Below are positions 10,906 through 23,475 of a DNA stretch of 64,000 nucleotides, piece after piece. The stretch comes from Hypanus sabinus (lineage: Eukaryota), in contig NC_082709.1 in the NCBI RefSeq assembly GCF_030144855.1, positions 28,644,001 through 28,708,000 on the forward strand, in the 5' to 3' direction. Below the pieces are notes generated by a model. The model was not told the DNA's origin and did no database searches. It saw nothing but the letters and a program-made list of their open reading frames with translations. The first letter of the stretch is position 1; every line of letters starts with the position of its first letter. The position numbers and the translations under genes were made by a program.

Positions 10906-13900
10906 ATATATTAGGTTAAGAGCAGACAAGTGCAGATGGTTAGTGTTTTCGAGGTCTGTGGAAAGTGACACCAAGAAGCTGGCTGTCCTGTTTCGCCGTT
11001 ATGCACTGTAAGTGTCCAAGTGGTTTCTACCTTTGCGCTGGAGAAGCAGCAAGTAAGTTCTTTCTAGTCGGTAACAGGGCTGGTGGGCGCGTGACACCTG
11101 ATGTCATTCGAGCCTCTTAGGCGCATGTACTGTTTCTCGGTTAGGCAAAAAATGTAGTCCAACATGCGTTCAGTTCCAACAGCCGTCTGCAATGAAGGCT
11201 GTACGTAATGAATAAGTACGAAATTAATATTGCAGTGAACTAAACAAGATAATATTACGTATGATATTCTATTTTAATTACAGTTATAAATTGAAGAATG
11301 AAGTTTGTCACGATGGCTTAAGCATTCCGTTAAAGAAAAAAACTGAAGCAAACATGAGCATATTATAACCAAATTGGAATAAAATTCTTTACTCAGTTAC
11401 TAATATTTCATGTGCTGAATAACGTTCATTACAATCAGAAAATACTGAGTACTTCCTGATTGTTGTGGGGTTTTTTTAGTGGAACTTGTAGGATATTGAT
11501 ATACAGTACACCGAATACCAAACACTTCCTTTTTATCTGCGAAGCTGTCTAAAATATACCTGGGATATAGGAAATATTTTTAAAAAGCATATCTGTACGT
11601 TATGCAAGCAAATGTCGGTGACCTTTATTGAGACCCATTTTAATCTGCTGGTATTGTTTCACATTGTTAAATAATCTCATTGGTTGTAGATGCCAGGATT
11701 TTATTCACTGTCCCGAGGGTTTTGTAATCGATCACATTCGTTGAAATTTGCATAAGAAGTATAGAACAATGACGAACAAGGTGCTGCTCGTGTATAAAAT
11801 AGTGAGCGGTAACTTTTCACAATTCCCATCCGAAAAGGAACATCCTAATTTTTTAAAGTTGCTATAAGAGCGTTCCCAGCAAATGGAGCAATGTTATCTG
11901 ATTTACTGTTTGCAAAAGTAAATGCACAAACCTCGTGTTCCTGCTTACTGCTACACTTTGACTTTAGAAAGAGAAAGCGGGAACCTTTGCAATCGTACAT
12001 TATATAAATCGGGATCCAGCTCCCCACCCAATACCAAGTCCCCCAGATTCACGCAAGTGAAAGGAGAATAAACACCAAATATCTCTCGAAATTTATATAG
12101 TTCTAAAACCTAAAATGAAAACTGCCCGCATAGAAAACTGAAAAAAAAGTGTTGGGCAGTGGATTAGGTGTTCCAAAAAATAAAATCTGGTCTGTTAGTA
12201 TTCCTTTAACCAGCTTTAGTTTAGTGGTAAATTCTAAAGCTGTGCTTTAATATAAAAAACAACAGAAATAAATATTTTTAAATTCTTAGAGGTTAATGGG
12301 GTAGATAAGCAAAACGCATGAAAGCTTTGTATGCTCCAGATAGTCAACGTCACTTGCACTGACAAAATAGCGATAAGAACACATGAAGAAAATATTTTTA
12401 TGGGTGAATTATAGCGGAAAGATGATGTCATTTATTATCCCATGATCATTAAAAATCGATGCTTTATTTGAATATAGCTTATTTTGAGATAAAAATTAAA
12501 CAATCATCTTCCAATGGAAGAGCGAACAGAAAGGACACACCAAACAATACTAATGATTACAATAATCTCACTGAATCGGTGAAATAATGAGCTTTGTGAA
12601 CTATGCTTTATTTTCTGCTTTCCTTGGAGTTAACTCAAGGAAACAAACTGGCACGATCAGACCAATTAGCAGGACAAAGCATAAATGATCGAATTTCTAT
12701 TTTCAATCTTGTACTTTGTAAACGCGGGTTCGTAATTCCACATATATTGTGATCACAATGACTATTTCTGACTTTGCAAATAAAATATGCACGACGCTGC
12801 GGTGTTTGTAATGCTCCCTAAGATTAGAACATCCACCAGTGCTCATATTTTGCATTGGGTGCTACGTTATTTGATTTACTTAGCTTATGTTGTTTTGTTT
12901 TATTTGCAGACGTGACAGAATGGAGGAAGCAACGCAGTAAGTAGCTAAGAATTATTTCTTATTAATGTAGCGAAAAGCTGGAAACCGTTGGCCGTTTTGG
13001 ATGAAAAGTTTGTGGAGAATATCGCTGTTGTTGCGTTGTTAGCCTAAAAGGACTGGTACCTTGGATTCTGAAATGATTCTCGTAATAATTGTTCTGAACA
13101 GTTACATTCTTTTGTGATATTCTATTTGTGATAACGATGTTTGAGACATCTTGTAATTGCATTTTATTTCCGCGAAAAGGGCGGAATTGTTGTACAGAGC
13201 GCGTTTAAAAGTTGATTATGTTTAAATCTAATTACCTATGACAGTATGGTACCGAAGCAGATTTAGCTGGCTTGTTATTATGAACCGGCACTGCGGCACA
13301 GCGCCTCCCAGTGCAAGGCTGCATTTTTAAAAGGTCATTTGGAGGAAAGTTATTGTTCCGGTTTCAACATCTGCAAAAACGATTTGGCAAATGACGTGGT
13401 AATAATTATAGTAGATGTTTAAAGTTTACCCTTAATAAACTAACAAAGGCGTGTAGGCTAAATCAGATATTAAATATCCCTTGATATCATGGGCATTGTG
13501 TACATGTAGGCCAAACATGAGGCCTTGTGCTTACGAGAATTTTAGATAAAGTATTCGTTTAACGAAACATTTGTACTTCTTTTCTGGAATTATCTCTTCG
13601 CCGGCGTGCCTTTGTAAAATATCGTGGACAGTTTGTACAGGTTACCAGGTCGTTGGGAGAATAGTTATTAATTAACGACTCAGTGTTTATACAATTCTTC
13701 TTTCTAAAATAGGGATGTGAGCCTGTACTTCATATAGTTTGTTAACAAGGAACAGGTCATGGGGATAATTTGACCCGATCATTTTAATATTATTTATTTA
13801 AGTTAAAAATGGGATCACTATTCGTACAACAAAAAAAAAGCCCGAGTGTTTTACTCGTTAAATTAGACAGATTTGGCCCTTATATTGCAAAAGGACATCC

Positions 13901-14632
13901 AGTTGAATTACAATTTGGTCATCACAGAACAATAAGACAAATATTCAAATTCTGTCAGACAATGTATCTTTTCACCTTGGGTTTACTATTGCATCTTCAC
14001 TCGGATAATCATAACTTCTACCAAGAAATCAAATCCAGATTTTACAGAATCTAACTTATCCACATGCGAAAGTTAACACAACCACTCTTCAACTAAAAGC
14101 ATAGTTTAATCACCAGATAAACGTTGAGCAGCGACTCACTTTAAATAGGTCCAAATAATGTTTAACGAGGATTCGCAAAGCAACGGCCCAGCGCCATGGA
14201 TCCATCGTTTCAGCACTAGTTTTGCAACGTGAATCTTTAGGCGTTGATAAATAATCAAGGACAATTGATGCTGAAAAGCAAAACAGTCTTGCTTATGCTG
14301 AACCGGCTTCTGTAAGAAAATGGCTTTCTGGGTCAGTAGAAAGGTGAACTTTTTAAAAATTCAATTTTGTTTTTAAAATCGTTGTACTTATACATAGGAA
14401 AGCTCTTAGCAGGCTGTTGACAATAATAGCTTTCATTGAACCACTGAATCTATAAATAAATATAGGGTTCACTTCCCAAACACTTACTTTGCATTGACAT
14501 TCTCTAGGTCAAAATCTGCTAGATCAAAAGTCGCAGCACTTGTGTGGGCAGTTAAAAAAAGAGGTGAATTTTAATCGGGTTTGTTCATCAATAACTCTTT
14601 GGCATTGACCTGTCTGAACGAGTCAGGCAGTA

Positions 14633-14649
14633 AGGTGAAATGCAGGTCA
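14633..14649 (+). promoter_or_regulatory. DR5 RARE, HoxD4 5' element
   Basis: AGGTGA-aatgc-AGGTCA, matching the recalled mammalian Hoxd4 5' RARE; ~3 kb upstream of the HoxD4 ATG. Confidence 0.88.
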
Positions 14650-16249
14650 CAGCGTCTAACAAATATTAAAATGTGTAGCACCAATCAGCTTCACAAAGTG
14701 CGATAATTTGAACTGTAAAGAGATTTGGCTTTCGAATTATCGGATGATGTAATGATATCTGGTATTTTCTGTGCCAAAAGGCTTTTAAAAGCAGAATTCA
14801 CTGCTGGTGCTTTCGTTGGCGCCATTGGTTGTCGAAAACTGTTAAGCTCTTTTCTTTCCTAATGCACTGGGGTAAATGAAACAAATCACAGGTAAATAAG
14901 ATCAGCGACGTGATTTTTCTTTACAAAGGTAAAATAATTACAGTAATACTGAGATATTAAACAGAACCTGGAGTATTTGTGAAGGAGTTAGGCTCTTCTA
15001 CCATAGAGCGTTGATAAAACGAAAAACCTTTGTTGTGCATAGAAAGAACGGAGAAATACACTAGTGAAGATACAGTTCCCAGTGGGAAAGTTCAGCTTCA
15101 GTAGTACATTGTAATTCCATATATCTCAGGACATTTAAGAGTAACTTTGGTGCTGAAGAACGCACTTATTCATTTTCGTTAGCGTGGTTTTACAATTGTT
15201 CTCGGGCTGACACTTGCGTGCCTAGCTTTTTAACTCGAAAGGGAAGGACAGAATTACCGTCAGTTTAGCTGAGCAGTTGCGTCGAACAGGCTCACTCACA
15301 CACTTTGAAAAGGTCACGCGTTAGGATATAGTTAGAGTGAAAATAATAATGCAACTTTCCGATATGTTTGCAAATGATTTCAGTCTGACCCCGTGCCCTT
15401 CAGCCTATACCACGCAACGTGGTTGCTCTGGAGGCGCAGTGGGGACAGCCAAGAAAGGAACCTGTAAAGAACCAGAGTTTAGAAAACACCTTAGATATAT
15501 TCGAACCAAATGGAATCTGATAAACTGGCAGATCAGATTTTATATTTTTCTCTGTATGTGGTCATCCAATTGCCTTGATTTGTAGCCAGATTTTGAAGCA
15601 TACTGTCGGCATATTTTTTTTTATCCTGCTCCCAGGAAATGAGCGAGATTAAGAATAGAACAAACAATTCTCATTTTGCTGGGATGTTCTCATTTTACCA
15701 CAGTGGCAATGAGTGGCAAACGCTTTGCAGCAAACCAATATTTGTGCTATCACGTTTAAGTTGTATTTGATTAGTTTTAGCGATTGGTTAGACCGAGCTA
15801 TATTTGTTATCAAATCCTGCGGTTTGTTAGTGGTGAGTTCAAATTATTAGCATCTGGAGCAATTATTGATTCACGCTGGGGCACTTAGTTATGTGAGCTG
15901 GAGCGAATCGGTACAAACTGTTTCCTATAAAATCTTTGTGATCTACGAAGGGCTCACAAAACACAGCAACAAATAGTAACTTCTGCCTTGTAAACTGTGT
16001 GCTGGAACTGGTTCAGCACGCTGCTACCGCCGAACAATGCAATACTCATACTTTTTACCAAATTTAAGGGGTTAAATTGTAATATTTTTCAATGGCTAAA
16101 CAACCACATGGTTTAACAAGAACTGCGCCTGATTTTAGTTTCTTATTTATTAATATTACACGTCATTAACTCCTTGGGGATCGCTTTCCACTGCAGTCTT
16201 TTAAACTATTTTACTATTGTGTAATTAGTCACCGAATTTATTTGTAACC

Positions 16250-16331
16250 CGTCGTCTATATATACCCTGTAGAACCGAATTTGTGTGATGTCTCGGTCAC
16301 AGATTCGTTTCTAGGGGAGTATATGGTCGAT
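16250..16331 (+). ncRNA. MIR10B: mir-10b precursor hairpin; mature 5p 16263-16285, 3p arm ~16299-16320
   Basis: Exact miR-10b-5p TACCCTGTAGAACCGAATTTGTG with complementary arm ACAGATTCGTTTCTAGGGGAGT; canonical position between Hox5 and Hox4. Confidence 0.97.
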
Positions 16332-17559
16332 GCCAACACTACGAAAATCAGCAATTTGCACTTCGTGCCTTCTACTTGTCAGACTGATTTAGTTCTAGGG
16401 GATTATTAGAATGATTTGCAATAACCTTTTTTTTTATTTTGAACCCACTCATTAATGTTACTTTTAAATTTCGCCGCTCAGATTTAAATGCTTCTTTCGG
16501 CTACCCCGTACCAAATAAATATAATGCTCAATGCGTTGATTTTTTTTAACCATTATTCAGAAAGCAGTCGATTCTAAACTTCTGGGCTTATTCTCCAGAA
16601 ATACATGATTATTGAAACTTAAGTATTTCTTTCTGAATACTGTCCGTTTCCATGGCGATGGCGATAAATTATCTGAAAAGACTGGCTTACAATTTTGTAC
16701 CGCTTTTGACCAATTTATGGTGTTTCCGAATAACATCGAACCAGATAACGTCTTTGGTTAAAACTTAAAAACAGAATTATACACGTTGCAAATAAAGGTG
16801 TTAGAAATGCGTAACTGTGTTAGTTTTGAAGAGACAATAGGTCATAAGATGTGAGGAGAAGAAGAAAACGAATTTCTCAATATATTAAAGCAAAAACGTT
16901 TGCTAGGGAGCAAGGTCATCAGATACAAAACTAGTTAAAACTTATATTGCACTCTACCAAATTATTGAACTTTCAGAGCGAAGTATTTTGACCTTACAAT
17001 GTCCTTAAGCAACACGTGTAAAGTGTTCTACGTGATACTGAATGTTTTGCTCTGACTTTATCGGGAGTAGACCATGTTTGCCTTTGAATAACTTTGACCA
17101 AAAGACCTTCGTGCATCTGTAATGGCTGTAATTATTTCCCTCAGCTCCGTTATTCCTTTTTTTGGCTAACTGGATGCTTCCTTTGTCACCCTGCGTACGT
17201 TGGATTGCCTGCCGTTTCCTCAAGTACCCTCGCTATTGTCATACTGCTCTCGGGCGAAAACATCAACAAAACATGCGAGCACGCCGAATGCCCGGTCTAT
17301 CCTTGATTTATATGAAAAGCGACAAGGAATGGTCGAAAATTCTCTTTGGACAAAAGAGCAAATTACCTGAGCAATATTCGGGCGCTCAGTGAATGATCAT
17401 TATTCTCTCCAATGGAAACCGCAATTATATGCATTTTCCGGAAACTGTTTCAAATACTTAGTGGCTACTGGAAAAATAATAAAGGCGGTGCAGAATTTAT
17501 TTTATTTTTTAAATCAAGATTTTCTGGACGAAGTTTGTAAAATTTGTCATTAGCTGTTT

Positions 17560-17710
17560 CCTTATCCGGGAATCGGGCCCAGCCCAACCATTGGCTCTCA
17601 CAGTCACATGGGTGACTAACTTTATTCAGTTGACAGCAAGTAGGAGGGCTTTATGGAACGGGAAAAAAGACAACTCGAGAAAAATTAGTATTTTCCACCT
17701 TCAGAAATTA
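17560..17710 (+). promoter_or_regulatory. HoxD4 proximal promoter and 5' UTR block
   Basis: ATTGG(17590-17594)-N10-CACATG(17605-17610), then AACTTTATTCAGTTGACAGCAAGTAGGAGGG and CAGAAATTAATG, typical of Hox4 genes. Confidence 0.8.
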
Positions 17711-18122
17711 ATGACCATGAGTTCGTATTTGATGAACTCTAAATATGTGGATCCCAAATTTCCTCCTTGCGAGGAATACTCGCAAAATAACTACATACCT
17801 GACCACTGCACAGAGTATTACAGCCAGCCGCAGGACACTGATTTTCAGCACCAAGGAGTCTATCCACGGTCAAACTACAGCGGCCAGTCGTACAGCTGCA
17901 GCAACGCTCGGGGCTCTCCAGTGCAGCAGAGGGGTCATGTGCAGGCACAGCCCGCTCCTCAGAACCACCTCACAGGACAGGGGGAGCCCGTTGCACCGCT
18001 CCAAGTGTCCATAGCCCGGCCTTGCAGCCAGCAGCAACACAATACAAAGAATCAAAACGGCACAGCAACCAAACAGCCAGCAGTGGTTTATCCTTGGATG
18101 AAGAAAATCCACGTTAACACGG
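17711..18122 (+). CDS. HOXD4: HoxD4 coding exon 1 (spliced protein 240 aa)
   Basis: [26 protein letters not shown]-terminus and [11 protein letters not shown] hexapeptide; phase-1 donor ACGG|GTAAGG. Confidence 0.96.
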
Positions 18123-18261
18123 GTAAGGTCCACTTTTTAGTTCCCCCCACCCCCACCCCTCCGCCATCGCCACCCCTAGCAAATATTTGTGACCCATTGG
18201 TATCGGTCTACCGTAAATAACTCCTTCAAAGGAGGATTTATGAGCGGTTTTTAAAAAGACC

Positions 18262-18335
18262 GGCAATTACACCCATCATAAATTTTTATTGCTGAGGAAA
18301 TAGGCCGCTGGCCATGTGGCTGACTCCATGTGAAA
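18262..18335 (+). promoter_or_regulatory. HB1-type homeodomain-binding element in the HoxD4 intron
   Basis: CAATTAC-N6-CATAAATTTTTATTG cluster of Hox/Cdx sites, the known motif in Hox4 introns. Confidence 0.7.
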
Positions 18336-18538
18336 ACTCGAGTCTGAAAGTAACAGGGACATGTTATATCTCCGTTTCGCCAAGAACTTTAAAGTGATCC
18401 TTAGTAATAATAGATATTTGGACTTTTTAACAGGGGTAGTGTTAGAGGGATGCAATGTGCGTGAGGACTGCTGAATGGAAGCGGCTGACAAACTTTAGGC
18501 TCAGATTTGAATGGTTTTTGAATTGTTTTGTTTTTCAG

Positions 18539-18849
18539 TGAATCCTAGTTACACTGGAGGGGAACCAAAACGTTCACGAACTGCCTATACAAGGCAGCAG
18601 GTTTTAGAACTGGAAAAGGAATTCCATTTTAACAGGTATCTGACAAGACGACGTCGTATTGAAATAGCCCACACTTTATGTCTTTCCGAACGCCAGATCA
18701 AAATTTGGTTTCAGAACCGAAGGATGAAGTGGAAAAAAGACCACAAATTGCCAAACACTAAGACCAGATCGTCTAGTTCTTCTTCTGCTTCCAGCCAACA
18801 GTCACAAACTATTTCCAAGGACCAACAAACAGACCTCACAAGTTTATAG
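18539..18849 (+). CDS. HOXD4: HoxD4 coding exon 2 (homeobox)
   Basis: Acceptor TTTTTCAG|; [34 protein letters not shown]...KDHKLPNTK, ending TDLTSL*. Confidence 0.97.
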
Positions 18850-21282
18850 AGCAACATCTTATAAGTGGTTCTTTAAGTGTATATTAAGTGACATTTCCAG
18901 GCAGAAACTGCATGTACCGATAACGTGGCTTGTAGGTGCTTTCCTGTTGCTTTTCACGGCATTGAAGCGACCTTATCTTATACAGTCACCTTGCTCTTAA
19001 ATATAGGTAATGAAACAAAAAAAAAATGGTAAAGTTATCTTAGCTCCAATAGAAACGATTGCGACTCTAATAAGTGGGTGTTCTTACCATACAACACACC
19101 TTAGTAACCTTAATAAGCCCAGGGTCCAAAGACATGAAGACATGGTGAGGTATATGGTCCAGGAAGGTACATGTATAGTCTGCTAGCATGAAATTGAAAG
19201 GCTGCAAAGCTTGTTCATGGTCCTTTTTTATTTTATATAAGGCTCAGCGATTTGTTGTGGTAATTTCTTATTTCCACGGCTATTTTGCTCGTAATGTGTA
19301 TTTTTGCGATTCCATCTCTTTGTGTATATTGTGTTGATATTCGAGATTTATAGTGATCAGGATTTAGACAGTGTTTTGTGGTTTCTTTATTTAAAATAAG
19401 AGAATGGTATTTGTATTGTGCTGCTGAATGGATTATTGTTACGGTGCAAGATTGCATACATTTTTATGTTCAAGAATGATACCAAAATTCGTACGCACTA
19501 CTAAAGTTCGAAAATAAATTAGTAGTAACAAGCTCAATCGCGTGAGTAGTTTTCCTTTTCGGTATCTGTTTATATGTTTTTGTATCTGACTGCAGCTAGT
19601 GTTGCGACGCTGTCGTGAACAAATGCCACGAAAAAAGACCTTCCATATCCCTTTCTGTAAGAATGCAAAGGGCCCAAAAAAAAACCGGTGATCAATATCA
19701 AATACCCACTGCAACAACCGATGTTGTCTCATGTAAAGATTTCTGACAGAGAAATGTGCTAAGTGGAATATTGCAGAAGTACTTTGTGTTCAAGGCGCTT
19801 GTTAAACTCAGTTTCTCGGTTTGTTGGTTGATAAATGAGTAAGCTGGTTACACCAATCTGTGAACGTTTAGTATTACAAGTGGGAATGTGTTTCCTTTCA
19901 TTTTTTTTTCCAGAACGGATGAGCGAACAACAATACGACAAGGTACACAGTTTAGAAACAGAAAGCGGGTCTGCACAAAAGATATTTTGTTTCGTAAAAA
20001 ACCCTGTTCATTTTTCCAATTTATTAGTCTGCAGAGGCATATGGGTGGTTGATCTAGTGGGGCAAAGACAATAGCCGAAAATCTCTACAGTTAGTTAATT
20101 TACACCTAAACACAAATTGCCGAATATTCTTGTTTCTGTTTGTTAGACGGAAGCTAATGTTATGAAACGAGTTAGAACTTCCTGAAATATACGATTCTCT
20201 GTCCCGTGCCAACATTCTCACGATATCAATCAGAGGCAGGCTGGGTTGTAATCAAGATTTCGCACTTAGTTCCTTTATGTAATGCTCTAAAAACAGTCAT
20301 TCATAGCATGATATCCAGATGCTTTGAACAGAATAACGTCTCCGCTGTTCTAAGAAGGCTCAGCAGATGCTTTGATATACCTACTTGCTGCTTCCATTTT
20401 GCTATAAACCTTAAACCAAATGAATATATCAATGAATAATCCTAACAGCGTCTCTGGGTATGTTTAATGGAAGTTGTTGAGGAAACATCTAATCATTGGA
20501 TGAGTATTCCCTCACCATAGGGTAGTTTTCTTTAATTTCTGATAGCCATGAAAGAAAGGCAGTGATGGTGTATCTCGCTCTGTAAGTACAATTGAAGGTT
20601 ATCTTCTCGTGCTTGTCTTTATATCGCGATCAAACTAGGTGTGTTACATTTAAATTGTTTTGTATTTTATCTGAAGCGTTGGGGCTATGTTAAAGGATGA
20701 CGGGTACCCAGAGTTTTGCCTCACAATTGTAAAGCTAATCGTAGAAATGAATACAAAGGGATAAGGTCTGATGGGGTCTTATCTTCTCTTCTAAAAGGAG
20801 ATTTTTTAAAAAGCGCACAGGAAATCGCCAACCGCAATCATACAGCAGTTTTAATATGACATTAAATATTCACAAAGGTACAAGAGTAAGAAAACTTATT
20901 TCCTCGGTATTTGGGCTTCAATCCGATTTTGTAGCATTCAGTAACAAAAGAAAGTTGGCGATACCGCTGCTTTCCTGTCCCTTCCCTGCCCTGCAAGCTT
21001 GCAGCTGGCTTAGCTGGATATGGTCTGTTTGAAAAGGCGAATTCCACCATTCTTTTGTTCTTTATAGGGTAAGCCGTGTAGTTCTCAGACTTGCACATGA
21101 CATTACAATAATATATCCACGTCTTGATATTATAAATGAGTGATATTCTCTATTCCATTTAAATCATTGTCTTCATTACAAAACCCTAAGGTTCACGCTT
21201 AGCAAAGATGTCCTTTTCTGACGCCTTCATGTTGAGAAGCTGAAAAGGTATTTTACTGAAGTTCGGCTAAACTGTAGAAACA

Positions 21283-21299
21283 AGTTCACCAAGAGGACA
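21283..21299 (+). promoter_or_regulatory. DR5 RARE of the HoxD4 3' neural enhancer
   Basis: AGTTCA-ccaag-AGGACA, same form as Hox4 3' neural RAREs; 2.4 kb downstream of the HoxD4 stop. Confidence 0.82.
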
Positions 21300-22784
21300 A
21301 ATTTTCTATTCGATTAGCTGTATTTCAGCCTGGAGGACTGACCTCTAAACCCTTGACCTTTTGGACTCAATCCTACCCTTCGCCTTTTCTATGTGTTTTA
21401 ACATAGACACTATCTAGTTAAAACAAAGTGAAATAAGTTCTCACGTATGAACTATTCTAATTTCGGCAACTGATAAATTATTCACCCATTCAATGGAATT
21501 GCACATTTTCGTACGATGCCCGTTGCCACCAAAACGCGCTTTCTTTGGTCTTCACACCTTTACAAAGCTGACATTTAGCTTTTGATTTCACTAGATCTTT
21601 GAGGAAGATGTAGAAGCAGATGATACACTGGGCTTCAGTGTTCCTCTATTTCGAGAGACTGCGCTTGCACTCTTTCATTCCTGCTTGAATAAAGCAAGCA
21701 TTCAGAAACACACCTAACCATTTACCACTAATACTTGCTCCTACGAGCCGCACTGCATTCTTCTAAACAGAGTGAGAATAAAACGCCAAGCTATCACATT
21801 CATTTGCCTGCATGAAAATACCCGAATTCGCGTTACATTTGCATCGAATAAAAGTTTTGAAATCCAACAGTCTAACACATAGCAGAAAAACACAAAAATG
21901 CAGAATGAAGCAAGAGTCATGCTTTGGAAAAATTCTATTCTGAAACACACTTGCATCCATATAATGGATAAAAGTCCGTATAATTTCGTCATTATTCAAT
22001 TTTTAATCACAGAAGACACATTTTCGACACGAAGTGGACACAGATCCTATTGTGTTGGTGTTTCGGTCTGTCCTTTGTTAATGCTAATATATATCTCATA
22101 ATCAACTTGCTGCAAGAGGCACCACTTCTCCCACCTCCCCCCACCCCTTTCAAAAATCCATCTCCCTCTATGAAAGTTAAATGCAATGGATCGAGCCAGG
22201 AAACGTGAAATTAAAAGTATGTCCCTAAAACAGTCTAATCTCTAAGCTGAGATCCAATGTATACGAACGATCAGAATGAGCAGTAATTAATAAAAACCAA
22301 ATGTCATATTTTCCTTGATACAATCTAAAAAAAAACACCTAAGTGTTTATGTTGAAAGGGACTGTAAACAGTATTTGCTTTAATTTTAGTACAATATATA
22401 TCCCCTTAAAAAGTAGCTCACTTTTAGCCGGAGTTAGCAGCAAGGTCAATTGATAACGTCTCACCTTCATTTAAGTGCGTAATTTATCAATATTTAGCCT
22501 ATCTAGCCACATGTATTAGTGCAGGCACCAGCTACAATTTATAATTCAAATGATTTAAATTCAGAAGCTTAATTATTTCAGCTATATCATTTGTCAGATA
22601 AATACAGAGTATTCAAACATAGGACGTACAGAACTTAAAAGTCAACAACATTATGATTTCTGAACTGGTATATCATTCAAAATTCATAACGTCAGATATT
22701 ATATCAATCACAATCAATCATATAATATATTTATATCAATACTGCACAGCACAGTTCCCATAACTACATATTATCTTATATATA

Positions 22785-22985
22785 CTCGTGTGTATGCATT
22801 TATGTATATTTCTGTGGAGGGAAATATTTTTGTATGCAGTCATGCATGCACATATGTGAACACATGTGAATATGTATTGATATGTTCCAATATACATGTG
22901 TATTTGTATGTAAGACTATATATACGTGGGTATGTATTAATCTGTAGTTGTGTTTAATGCATTCACTTGTATTTATATCTGTTGG
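22785..22985. repeat. Degenerate TG/TA low-complexity tract
   Basis: Interrupted purine-pyrimidine alternation (GTGTGTATGCAT, CACATATGTG, ATACATGTGTAT). Confidence 0.55.
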
Positions 22986-23379
22986 TATCAAAGAACTAAA
23001 GAAAGGCATGGATAACCTCTTCCACCTTTGATTGGTTTATTTCTTCAAATATGAAAACATCTTAAAATGGAGTTCAATTAGACAAATCTTAACAAACCAA
23101 AGTCAAAATGTTGTAAATCTGCCGCTCGCTTGCTTCGTTTCTAGCCTGGAACAAGAAACAGCTGAAAGGAAGGCAAAGAGTCAATACGACCATGCCATAG
23201 GCTGGTCATTCAAATTGGGACAAAGCTGATGCAGCCCATCGCCTCTAAACAGCCATATTTGTTGGTCTTTCTCTTTAGAATTTTAAAATATATTTGCCAA
23301 CCTGATATTTCCCAAACGATAAAGACTTTTGCATTTAATGACCATGTCCAGAAGAGGTGGTAAGATTTTATGTATCCTT

Positions 23380-23475
23380 TTATATTTGATTCGGCCACGT
23401 GATTTACTAAATAATTAATGCAGTACGTCCCGAAAGAAACACAGCGTCGTCATTAATCGGCCAAGCAAAGGACTC
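23380..23475 (+). promoter_or_regulatory. Hox4-Hox3 non-coding element; possible distal HoxD3 promoter
   Basis: GGCCACGTGAT E-box, TAAATAATTAATGCAG and GTCGTCATTAATC homeodomain sites; donor TAG|GTAAAC at 23586/23587. Confidence 0.55.
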
